This document shows positions 47,301 through 55,600 of a stretch of 64,000 nucleotides of DNA, in pieces. Where the stretch lies: positions 61,380,001 through 61,444,000 of the forward strand of contig CM052828.1 of assembly GCA_028534125.1 (NCBI GenBank), given 5' to 3'. The DNA is from Lama glama. Its lineage: Eukaryota. The position numbers and the translations under genes were made by a program. Each line of letters opens with the position of its first letter. The stretch's first letter is position 1. A model generated the notes under the pieces. The model did not search any database and was not told the origin of the DNA. It worked only from the letters and a program-made list of their open reading frames with translations.

Positions 47301-50300
47301 TGGGAGCCAGATGTTGGCGGTGGGGGGATGCTCTGAGCTGCAGGCCCGCCCCTCAGGGAGCTCCCCGGAACCGTGGGGCAGGACCCACCTCCTCCAGATG
47401 ATGTGGAATGTCTGGGCCTGAGGCCTATGTTTATGTCAGAAAGATTTTAAGCTTTAACTTGAGAAATTAGAGAGAAGAGAAATGTCAGGGAAGATGACAC
47501 TATTTGTAGAGTCTCAGTTTCAAAGTTGGTGTTTTCAAGTCAGCAACTTGGTTTTCATTAAAAACATCTGATAAAGTGAAGTCTTTCCTCCCAAACCACA
47601 GGCTTCCTCCCGTCCCTGTCAGATGCTTCTCCCTCCTGGAGCCCGCGGACCGTCCTCGGTTTGGTCACCTCCCCGGACAGCAGCCCTGCTCCTGAGCAGT
47701 ATGCCTCGCTTCAGGAAGGCTCTCGCTGCGAACACGGGATGGGAGACCCTGGAACCACTTCCAAGCGGACAAGCAAGGCGGGGAAACGGTTCTCTTACTA
47801 ACCTCCACCTTCACGTGAAAAAAGGAAAAATACAAACAAAAGAACAAAGCACCCCCGCCATCCCACTACCCAGAAAAAGCAGCCACACTGACGTTTCTGT
47901 CCACGCACTCCAGGCCGCTTTTGGCGTCATCCCAAGTCCATGAACAAAAAGGAATCTTACTGCGAACACAACCTTGGAACTTGCCTTCACTGCTCAGCAG
48001 ACATGCAAGCACGGTTCCCACCACAGCAGAGGGGCCGTGAGGGCTCTGCCTGCGGGAAGGAGGAGCCCCCCAGGCCCTGAGAGGAAGCAGGAGGGAGGGG
48101 CTCCCGGGCTGGATGGGGTGGGTGCAGGCTGGGCTGGGGGCGGGGGCTCAGCCTCAGTCAGAGCTGGGAGCGGTCCGGGGGAGGTCTGCGACCTCAGGCA
48201 GCTCCGCACGGAGCCAGGAGCCGTCTTCCTATGTGTCGTGGGGACTTTGTGGGGAAAGATAGCCGATATCACCCCCAAAATAACCGCTTAAATGGACAAA
48301 AGGAAATGAAAAACTGCTATTTCATGGAATGTTCCAGTAAACAGTTGGGCCATCCTGGCACTTAAAAGCTCTTATTTTTAACTACTTATTTTTTTGCCTG
48401 TAATATCAACATGTTCCTTTTACTGGATAAAATGGTGACTCCTCCAGGTGCAGCCTTTACCCCCCAACCCTCCCCATTCTAGAGGCAGGAAGTGGCCCTC
48501 CGGGGACCCCAGGGTGCTCTCAACAGATGCGCTGAGGCAGGCAGCTGCGTCCTAGCCCTGGCCCTGACAACCCAATTTCACACATCCTTTTAGTTTAAAT
48601 AAACGTAAAATAATGGCTTGCCTTCTAAATGATTAAAAACTACAGCTCTAGAGAGTTAAATGTGAACTAAGGCACTTGCAGCATCAGGAAGATTTTGTTC
48701 CCCCAAATCACTCTCCAGGGAAAGGGACGGCCTGGGACAAAGGCCGTGTTCTCCCCGACGCATCGGACCCAGAGAGATTCCAGCAGGAAATCTGCAGCAG
48801 AGCCCCCTCTCCACCTCCACACTCCACGTCAGAGACACAGGGAGAGGAAGACGGAAGCCAGCAGTGCCCGCTCACTGGTGAGCAGCGCCCCATCCCCGGG
48901 TCCCCTCCCCTTTCTCACGCGACACCGGCACTTCATGCGGATAGAGGACAAGCCTCTCTGGGCAGTGCTGACCGGTGTCAGGCCTGCCGGCTCTTCTGAG
49001 TCCAGGTTGGCAATGGTGCCAAATAAACGACCAGACCTGACAGGTCATGCTGAGCTGGAGGGCAACTCGGGAAGTCGGGGCCACAAAACAGCCAGGGGAG
49101 CAGCCACCCCCTTGGGACAACCATGAACCCGGACGATGGCCGCGCTGGTGGCAGGTCCAGGAGGTGATGTCCTCCCGTCTCCCAGGTGGGTCCCCTCCTT
49201 CCACCCTCGCAGCTGCCAGCGGAGCTGCCAGTCTGTGCCTCCGTCTTCTCCCTCTGGACACGGCCCCTCGGGAAGGTGAGCTGCATCGAACCACCACCTC
49301 TCATCCTCACAAGAGGCCTCTCGCCTTTGAGCTCCCTCGAGGTGTGATGACGCATCCCTCTGCCTGCCGAGTCTCCACCTTCTCTCACACTTTCTGTTCT
49401 TTGAGTCTCTGGGGTATATTTCAAATCCATTTCCTGGTTTACCAATTTTCCCTTCAGCTAAGTCTAGCCAGCTATTTAACTCATCCACTGAGTTTTTCAT
49501 TTACATTCTTTTGAACTTCACTTCTGGAATTCTATTCAGTTCTTTCTCATCATGGTTCAGGCATTCTCCATTGTTTCTCCTCCTGCTTTCTCCTGTTTTC
49601 AGTCTTGTCTCTCATTGCTTTAAGTTCCCCACTCCCTGTTCCTGGCGCCTGCAGGTCCGATTCTGCGGTCTGTAGTTTCTCTTGGCAAATGCAAGTGACA
49701 CTATCTCCTGTGTCCTTGGTGCATTTTCTCCTCTGAGCTCAAGTTCCCCGGAACACTATCCCGGAAAATCCCAAGACCTGGATTGAAGGAGAGGACTGGA
49801 TTTGCTTTCAACGGACCTACTGACCCTCCGTGGGCGTTACAAACCATGCATCTAGGACTGCACTAACGTATGTGGTGGGGTGGGGCTTTTGGACCACAGA
49901 CATGGTGTGGATTCAGGCACATACTCACAAGAGTCAGTTTTTGGTTTCAAGTATTTGGCTCCAAGTGGAGGCACAAGAGTCCGTGCTAACTTCTCCCACG
50001 AAGCAGGCTTACCTGCTTTTGCCCTTACACACCGCAGAGTCGAGCTCTGGGGTAGCCAGCCTGCCCTCTGCAGTGTGAGTAGGGTTTTGCCTCAATTATA
50101 AACAGCCATGAACATCCACGTTTTTTAAGCTCTTGTAACTGTTTTGTGTAGGTTTGTCTCTTTCTCTGCTGTCAGTTTTAACTTTCTGCTTAACAGTACC
50201 CTCTCCTTATCTGGCATATGAGATAAGCACTCAATAAATATTAATTGAGCTAATAAATTAACTTTTTAAAAAAACTAAGCTTATTGAAGCTGTCTGTAAG

Positions 50301-51974
50301 GAAAGCACGAAGGGCTCAGATGCTCTGCCGAGCTGGGAGAGTCACCTCATGCACTCACTGGAGTCAGCTGGCTTCTTACGACAGTGTTTGGGGGCTGCCC
50401 CTGCTTCTGGCTGATTTCCCAGAAGAGACAGCATTACGGCGTCATTATTGTTTCACTCTCAGTCTCTCTTTCCTGGGCCACCAAAACCAGAAACTATGAT
50501 TTCTGTTTCTAAACTTGTATGAAACATTTTGAGGAATGGTCCCCATTTCTCAGTGTCACCAAAACAGAGGCTCCCAAACAGACTCCCTGCCCAGAGATCC
50601 TCGCCCAGCAGGTCCTCCAAGAGACCGGCCTCACAGATGCCAGCAGCAGTCCTGGGTTCAAGGGTTTCTGGCCCTTAAATACAGGAAGGACTTTCCTCCA
50701 CTGAGCAAATGGAAAGGGCCCTTGAAGTTACAGCAACACCTTCACCATCAGCCCCAAAGCCACACTCAGCTCCTGACAAACTTCTCAGTCTTTTGGTTTT
50801 TCTTTGACAAGTTACTTCGGGGAGGCTGGAATGTGCATGGAAATAACACAGACAACTTAGTGGTGGGCCCCAGGCAGCCCTGCCAGCATCGCAGCAAGGT
50901 GCAGAGGGAGCAGGGCAGTGAGCGTCTCCAAGTGTCAGGGGCAGGAGATCCCTGACAGGCTCTAAAAGTTAAGTTGACTCAGTTGTCAGAATGTGCTATT
51001 TGCTCCCACTTAGAATTCATCTGCTAAAAATGTTCTCAGACTCAAAATAGCTCTCTGGAGGGACCCACACAACCCACAGCTCCAAGCCACAGGGCGGGGC
51101 CGCCATCTGCACCTGCCACACGGTCAGACACACACTGGCTGAGACCCCACCCGCTTCCTGCACTTCACCCCGACTCGAACCACCCTCCCACTCGCCTGCC
51201 AACGTTGCAGAGAGGCCTGCCCCTCACCCCGGGCAGAGCGCTATGACTGTCGGGTGCCCTCACTTCCTACCCCAGGGTGCGGTTCAGGTCGAGCTTGAGG
51301 GAAATGCAAATTACGGCCCCACCCGAGACTCCGGGGCCGGCGTCTGCACGGCAGTGCGCTGTTTGAGTGAGTCTCCCACAGGCTGAAGCTGAGAAGCACT
51401 GACATGTTTCTTATGCAGCAAACTTCTCAATCTTAAGACCTACTAAATGTGGCTCTTCCTCACTGACCCCCTTCCCCAAATCCCATCAACAGATGCTTCC
51501 TTCATACTCTTACCTCTGGGAATAGCTGCCTCCAGGATGGAAAGAAGCTTCCCAGACACTCACCCTCCCGAAACCCTTGGCTGTGCTCTCTGGTCGCACC
51601 CTCTCCAGCTCCTCTCAGGCTGGAAAGCCCTTGCCCACACCTCAGCAGGCAAATACGCGCACGTGAGCTCAGTTACCGTTTCGGACAGAGAGCGTCTCCT
51701 GCCGCACCAGTAAACAGAGGATGCTGCCGCCACCAAGCCCGAGCGCTGGGCTGGAACTGCCCGACGCGCCCCCTCCCTCAAACCGAGCGACCAGCCTGTC
51801 GGGGACACTGTCCACTCAGAGAGCTTCGTATCAAGTAGAGCAACAGCAGACATTACCAGAGCGATTTCTCCACGATTTTGGTCCTGAAAACCTCCTCTTG
51901 GTCCAGGTTCACAGTGCAGTAACAGTCTCGCATCTTGTTTGGCCCCGGGTAAGTGGGAAGGTTTTTGGCTTCAC
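2281..51974 (-). CDS. RASA3: RASA3 spliced CDS, exons 2-24 (5'-partial; exon 1 is outside the window). Ras/Rap GTPase-activating protein 3, C2A-C2B-RasGAP-PH-Btk
   Basis: 23 exons with AG acceptors and GT donors (one GC donor) and compatible phases, total 2450 nt. Translation follows mammalian RASA3 as I recall it ([19 protein letters not shown]...FRGNS...[12 protein letters not shown]...[19 protein letters not shown]...[18 protein letters not shown]). Confidence 0.98.
2334..2516. repeat. Tandem duplication (94 bp + 89 bp) spanning the intron 23/exon 24 boundary
   Basis: tcttgtctccaatggggtgctccctgcgggg...gtggagc.ggggag at 2334-2427 and again at 2428-2516, with a few substitutions and a 5-bp indel. 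Confidence 0.95.
2953..3136 (-). CDS. RASA3: RASA3 exon 23 (184 nt)
   Basis: gcgcag|AGGCC...AGCCA|gtgagt; [61 protein letters not shown](Q). Confidence 0.97.
4746..4849 (-). CDS. RASA3: RASA3 exon 22 (104 nt)
   Basis: gggcag|CGGCC...GCAAG|gtgagg; [34 protein letters not shown]. Confidence 0.96.
5752..5960 (-). CDS. RASA3: RASA3 exon 21 (209 nt), PH end plus Btk zinc-binding motif
   Basis: ccgcag|ATGTTC...ACCGG|gtaggt; [69 protein letters not shown](G). Confidence 0.97.
6085..6440 (-). mobile_element. LINE-2 3' fragment
   Basis: cattcaacaaacattcctgag...ctggggacatagtgg...cctgcccttgtcagctt, typical reverse-complemented L2 tail. Confidence 0.5.
8860..9205 (+). mobile_element. Old L1 (L1MC/ME-like) 3' fragment
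   Basis: gtgttccagattaaggagac...tactctattctcagaactttcccataaattgaaa; approximate bounds. Confidence 0.4.
9380..9462 (-). CDS. RASA3: RASA3 exon 20 (83 nt)
   Basis: gcacag|GAGAC...AAGAAC|gtgagt; [28 protein letters not shown]. Confidence 0.97.
9840..9946 (-). CDS. RASA3: RASA3 exon 19 (107 nt), PH domain basic loop
   Basis: caccag|GTTCATG...CAAAG|gtaaca; [35 protein letters not shown]. Confidence 0.97.
10638..10711 (-). CDS. RASA3: RASA3 exon 18 (74 nt)
   Basis: gtttag|TTCTTA...GAAGG|gtaggc; [24 protein letters not shown](G). Confidence 0.96.
11613..11690 (-). CDS. RASA3: RASA3 exon 17 (78 nt)
   Basis: ttttag|GCCAGT...AAAAAC|gtgagt; [26 protein letters not shown]. Confidence 0.97.
12671..12920. 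repeat. Diverged 18-19 bp tandem repeat (about 14 units), consensus gtgac(a/g)tcaccacctaca
   Basis: Directly visible periodicity in intron 16. Confidence 0.9.
13075..13152 (-). CDS. RASA3: RASA3 exon 16 (78 nt)
   Basis: tggcag|GACCCG...AAGTCT|gtgagt; [26 protein letters not shown]. Confidence 0.97.
13917..14023 (-). CDS. RASA3: RASA3 exon 15 (107 nt), RasGAP FLR motif
   Basis: ccgcag|ACGAC...CACACG|gtacgt; [36 protein letters not shown]. Confidence 0.97.
14965..15088 (-). CDS. RASA3: RASA3 exon 14 (124 nt)
   Basis: ttacag|GAGAAC...CCAAG|gtaagt; [41 protein letters not shown]. Confidence 0.97.
15187..15329. repeat. Polypurine (GGA/GGGA) low-complexity tract
   Basis: About 140 bp almost entirely G/A on the plus strand. 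Confidence 0.85.
15731..15805 (-). CDS. RASA3: RASA3 exon 13 (75 nt)
   Basis: ttgcag|ATTTGT...AACATG|gtgagg; [25 protein letters not shown]. Confidence 0.96.
16478..16592 (-). CDS. RASA3: RASA3 exon 12 (115 nt), arginine finger FRGNS
   Basis: gtgcag|GGACCC...GAGGAG|gtgagg; [38 protein letters not shown]. Confidence 0.97.
17184..17332 (-). CDS. RASA3: RASA3 exon 11 (149 nt), RasGAP
   Basis: ccccag|CCCGTC...ACCCA|gtgagt; [49 protein letters not shown](Q). Confidence 0.97.
17728..17884 (-). CDS. RASA3: RASA3 exon 10 (157 nt)
   Basis: tgccag|GTAC...GTGGAG|gtactg; [52 protein letters not shown]. Confidence 0.97.
18036..18510. repeat. Minisatellite, unit about 45 bp, about 10.5 copies
   Basis: gacaccccctgcagggtctgtgcacctggggggggtctcccacct units starting near 18036, 18079, 18124, 18169, 18213, 18259, 18304, 18350, 18396, 18441, 18486. 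Confidence 0.97.
19677..19781 (-). CDS. RASA3: RASA3 exon 9 (105 nt)
   Basis: ttccag|GGTGGAC...GCCTG|gtgagg; [34 protein letters not shown](W). Confidence 0.97.
21678..21754 (-). CDS. RASA3: RASA3 exon 8 (77 nt)
   Basis: ccccag|GTGACC...ATCCG|gtgagc; [25 protein letters not shown](R). Confidence 0.97.
22650..22722 (-). CDS. RASA3: RASA3 exon 7 (73 nt)
   Basis: ctgcag|GTCGG...TTGAG|gttggt; [24 protein letters not shown]. Confidence 0.96.
23037..23117 (-). CDS. RASA3: RASA3 exon 6 (81 nt), C2B; GC donor
   Basis: cctcag|GATCC...TACAG|gcaagt; [26 protein letters not shown](R). Confidence 0.95.
26674..26750 (-). CDS. RASA3: RASA3 exon 5 (77 nt)
   Basis: tttcag|GGCAAG...ACGCG|gtaaga; [25 protein letters not shown](R). 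Confidence 0.97.
29880..30480 (+). mobile_element. Old L1 ORF2 fragment
   Basis: A-rich; aaactagaaatcagtgacagaaag...gatgcagcaaaagcaatgctcagagggaaa...aacctaagcctccaccttaggaaaccagaaaa...aaagataaataaaactgataaac, typical of L1 ORF2 downstream of the endonuclease. Confidence 0.8.
31396..31895 (-). mobile_element. Younger 5'-truncated L1 3' end (cetartiodactyl type)
   Basis: T-rich tail, then gatttacaatg...ggttattacaag...ttagattccacatataagtgacatcatatgg...ggcattatttcatctttttatggctgagtagtattccac; minus-strand translation [17 protein letters not shown] matches the L1 ORF2 C-terminus. Confidence 0.88.
33723..33817 (-). CDS. RASA3: RASA3 exon 4 (95 nt)
   Basis: ttctag|GAAAGG...TGCAG|gtgagg; [32 protein letters not shown]. 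Confidence 0.97.
35620..37795 (+). mobile_element. Old L1 (L1M) ORF2-to-3' fragment, interrupted by insertions
   Basis: gatgagagaaattaaagac...ctccccaaattaatct...caaaggacctagaatagc...aaagatttcttagg...ggacttcatcaaaattaagagcttc...tacctcaataaacc. Confidence 0.75.
36920..37392 (-). mobile_element. Probable ERV1-class solo LTR nested in L1
   Basis: About 470 bp interrupting colinear L1 sequence; ctgcccttctaggttct...gattgacaggagaaaagcagacggaagttt...gcaaagcggtcaattcaggggcggca resembles Laurasiatherian ERV1 LTRs from memory. Confidence 0.5.
39130..39200 (+). mobile_element. MIR core fragment
   Basis: cactggctgtgcaccttcaggcaagtgtctagtcctctctgagcctcag. Confidence 0.45.
40670..40748. repeat. Short 20-bp tandem repeat (about 4 copies) ctgagagcaccccaa(c/t)a
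   Basis: Direct inspection. Confidence 0.7.
41105..41208 (-). CDS. RASA3: RASA3 exon 3 (104 nt), C2A
   Basis: gtccag|CCCCTTC...CATAG|gtaggt; [34 protein letters not shown]. Confidence 0.97.
41955..42122 (+). mobile_element. L1 ORF2 fragment
   Basis: aatttctcagatacagcaaaagcacaacagctaaaagaaaaaa...gacttcatcaagattaaaa. Confidence 0.65.
42700..42960 (-). mobile_element. LINE-2 fragment
   Basis: ggaagaggttccaggtagccgaaactgtgtgtgcaaaggccctgggg...ggctggtgtggc. Confidence 0.5.
43450..44070 (+). mobile_element. L1MB/MC-like 3' end
   Basis: gatgaaaatgttctaaacgtgattgtggtgatggccacacagctctgaatatactaaacacc...gtgaactgtatctcaaaagct. Confidence 0.75.
49330..49800 (-). mobile_element. Old L1/HAL1 ORF1-region fragment
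   Basis: Minus-strand peptide [19 protein letters not shown] resembles the L1 ORF1p coiled coil. Confidence 0.55.
51857..51974 (-). CDS. RASA3: RASA3 exon 2 (118 nt), C2A
   Basis: ttttcag|GTGAAGCC...CTCTG|gtaatg; (G)[38 protein letters not shown](C). Confidence 0.97.
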
Positions 51975-52284
51975 CTGAAAAGCAAATGTGAATACATCAT
52001 CAATCTAGCATAGATTTATTTAGTCTCCTTGCTAATCACCGACACATCTTCAAATAATGGATTTATTTCATAACGATGCCCCTGTTTTATTTCTGAACAC
52101 TCATCAGCTCTTTATAAGGCCTTGGTTTTCTTGCCACCACAAGTCAGTGTCGACGAGAAATGCTTCGTACAGTTAAAATGCACCTTAACCCCTAAAACAA
52201 ACTGTTAAAGGCAGGGATCCACTGGCCTAGGAACTGAGGATTACCTGCTTTGTTTTACCCACACTAGTCCCTCTGAGATTTGTA

Positions 52285-52620
52285 ATATTTAAATTACGGC
52301 AAGATACACATAAGTTAAAATGTATCGTTTAACCACCTTCAAGTGCACCAACCTGCCGCACTCAGGGAAGCACCCCTGCTGCTCCACAGCCAGTCCCCAG
52401 CCGTTCCCCTTGCAGAACTGGAATCCCGCACCCACCACACGGCAACCCCTGCTCCCTCCCCCCAGCCCCTCACTTCTAGTTTGTCTCTAGAATCTGGTGA
52501 CTCTCGAAACCTCACATACAGGGATCACACGTGTTTGTCCTGCGACAATGTCTTCAAGGCTCATTTGTGTTCCAGCCCGAGTCAGGAGTCCCTTCCTTTC
52601 AAGGCTAACATTTTGCGTAT
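52285..52620 (-). mobile_element. Old L1 3' end fragment
   Basis: aagatacacataagttaaaatgtatcgtttaaccaccttcaagtgcac...tcttcaaggctcatttgtgttccagc. Confidence 0.6.
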
Positions 52621-55600
52621 CTATTCATCCCCAGGTCCCTTTTTATTCTGCATTGAATTTGACACTATTAGGTCAAGATTATGCAGAAATTAAGGAGGAC
52701 TCTTTTTCATTGATGAGTAAACTACAAACTCCAGCTGCTTTAAACACAGAAGGACTAGCCAGTGAGGACAAGCCAGTAAGAGGAGCCCTGCGGGCCGCAC
52801 CTTCCCTCCACCCCGAAGCCCGAGGGCCTGGCCGCAGGGAGACCTTTATCACAGCCACACGGAGCCAGAACCAGCGGAGCCTACAGGTCCCAGCTGCCGC
52901 TAAGCTTGTGGATTAAGCAGGGGAGGGGCACAATGGGGAGGGGCTTTCACCCTGGACGAGAAGCCCCCTGGAAGCACTGCCTCAAAGGAGCTCGCCCCGG
53001 CCCCCGCCCCCGCACTAGGACGGGACGGCGTCGGGGTCGAGCACCCAGCACCGCCAGAGCCACCCAAGCGAACTGACCGTACCTGTTAGCGCCACTCAAG
53101 GCCAGAAGACCTGCTCTGGTTGACAGAGAAGGAAAAACAGCAACAGGAACCAAAGCAGAACCGAGCTCAGCACCAGAGCTGGGTGCCCAGCACAGCCACC
53201 CCACTGGCCCCAGCGAGCACATGCTGCTCGCTTGCAGCCATGCCATGAGCTCCGCACAGAGGGCTTGAAGCCTTTCCTTCTAACTTTCCATTAACGTTAT
53301 CACTTGAGATGCAGAGTAGGACAGTGAGTTAACAGAAGTCGCTCGATAACAGGGCCGGGGGGGCAGTGTTTTCAGATGCACCAAAGTGTTCTAGGATTGT
53401 AACAGCGCCAGCTGTGACCTGCACCTGCGGCCGTCTCCTGCACCGGCTGGGACACAGACCTGCCTCCCTAGCCTCTGTCTCCCCAGCTGGAAAAGCAGGA
53501 GAACACCCTGTCTCCAAGGTTCCTCCAGCTCTGGGGGGAACTTCGAACCTTCGAATGTTCCAATTCAAAGGGTTCTGGGACGTTTTCTTTGGGGAATCAT
53601 CAAGGGATCATCAAAGGCTCTCAGCTGGTGAAGGAGCAAGAAACAGATGCATGTTTTCGTACAAGCACGATGACCCTAGAACACTGTGACGCTGTGTGCG
53701 ATGCGCCTGAACACGCCATGAACATGCCATGAACACGCCACTGCACGGGAGTTGAGCACATGAGAACACAGCCAGTCTGAGAAGACATGTGTGATCCAAG
53801 CCAGGCTTCAAGTCTGCTATTACATGTCCAGAGACATTTTCTGAAGGCTTCTGGCAGGTGTGAGAGGTCATGTGTGCACATACATGTGCATGCAGGGAGC
53901 GTGACGCACCCCAAAGCACGACAGCGGGGGAGTGGCCGGTGGGCTTCTCCAGAGATGGCAGGGTTGGGGGGTTGACAGGAGCGGCAGCGGGTCCCCGTGT
54001 GGTCTCTGAGCTGACCTCGCGCAGCCACAGCACACAGGCCACGTCTGAAGGGGCTCTCAGCCCCCCGCCCACTTTTGGAACTGATCTGCAGGCCCCCAAA
54101 TCTTCCACCTCAAACCAGCCTGACTTTGCCGACCGACCTCCCGGTTGACACCCTCCCGATGTGAATGAGGGCTTACCAGATTTCCTACTGGAATTTTTCT
54201 TTGCAACGAATGGAATATTTAGCTGCAAGTCCCTGTGTTTCTCAAAAGTAGGGCAAAAATCTTTTCTGAAAGCCTTATGGGAAATGGTCATTGGTGGAAA
54301 ACACAGAACTGGGATTTGCTTCCTGTTTATTCTCCAAAGAACCTGAGAACACTAGCAGTAGTGGCTGACACTTCTCTGGGACAGGAGCAGCAGCTGGGAC
54401 GCTGACCTGCCCCGTGCTGCTGTGGGAGCTCCGTACCCCCGCCCCTGGCCCCACCCAGACGGTCACAGAAACATCCTGGTTGCCACGATGATGCATCAGC
54501 AGAGAGCCAGCAGTGGACCTGAGCCAACGTCAACAAGCCACTCAGGCCAGGAGGGCTGGGAGCAGGGCCGGCAGCCCGCCCTGGCCACACTGTCCGCCGG
54601 GCCCTGCAGCCGGGGGCCCTGCCATGGCCGAGCCGGGGCGCTATTCCAGCTCTTGGGCTGGTCCCAGCCCGACAACACTCAAACAGAGCTGTCCTTCACG
54701 TGGGTCACTTATGCCAAAGGCTGGGGCTGCTCCCCCCGACTGCTCCTTTTTGTCTCAGAACAGGAGAGAGACGCGTTCTCTTCCCTCGTGTGTGGAGACA
54801 TTTTCCTAAGCAGGTAAAGCCACGCCTGGTATACAGCAGGTGCTGATTCTTTGCTGAATGGATGGATGGATAAGTGCCTGGAAAAAGAAAAGTAAACTCT
54901 GGTTTCATTCGAAGAGCCAAATAGTTAACATCTTTCTGTGACTCCCTCCTGTTAACCACATCTCCAAAACGCAGACCCTGTACTCACTACGACTGTCGGC
55001 TGGTAGACTGGATAAAGACAGCAAACCTGGTGCCGGCTCATCTCTGAACACAGAACTTACTAACAGAAGGAAGGGGCAGCACTTAAAAAATGTGATAAAA
55101 CAGCCCGGAAACAGCAAAGCCGGTTCCTAACCACAGGAGTCAGGCCACCGTCTCGAGCCACCCTGGTCACAATGTCCGTGTGCTCTGGGCGAGCACTGCC
55201 AGGAGACCCAGACCTGAAGGTGGCCGGGAAGAGCCATGTGTGGACCCCTGCCTCTGGGAGGGGCTGCAGGTAGTCTCAGTGCCACCGCTGGGTTCAGCCC
55301 CAGTGAGGAAGCCCACTGCCCTTGGCGTGGGGAGCAGCATGGCCATCTGTGCCCCAGGAGGGCTGTTGGAGATCCAGCTGGCCTGGCTGCCCCGTGTCAG
55401 TGGGGTCACCTCCAGGCGAGGGCTCCCAACGCCTCAGGGAAGAGGAGGCAGGAGGAAGGAATGATGATGCCTGAGGGGCAGGGCAGGCTCAGGGCTCTGA
55501 CCCCCAGACCCAGACTGGGGGCCTCCACCAACAGAAACACTCTGCCATCCACAGTTTGGGAACTTTGTTGTTTCTTACTTAAATGTGGTAGTTTTCAACT

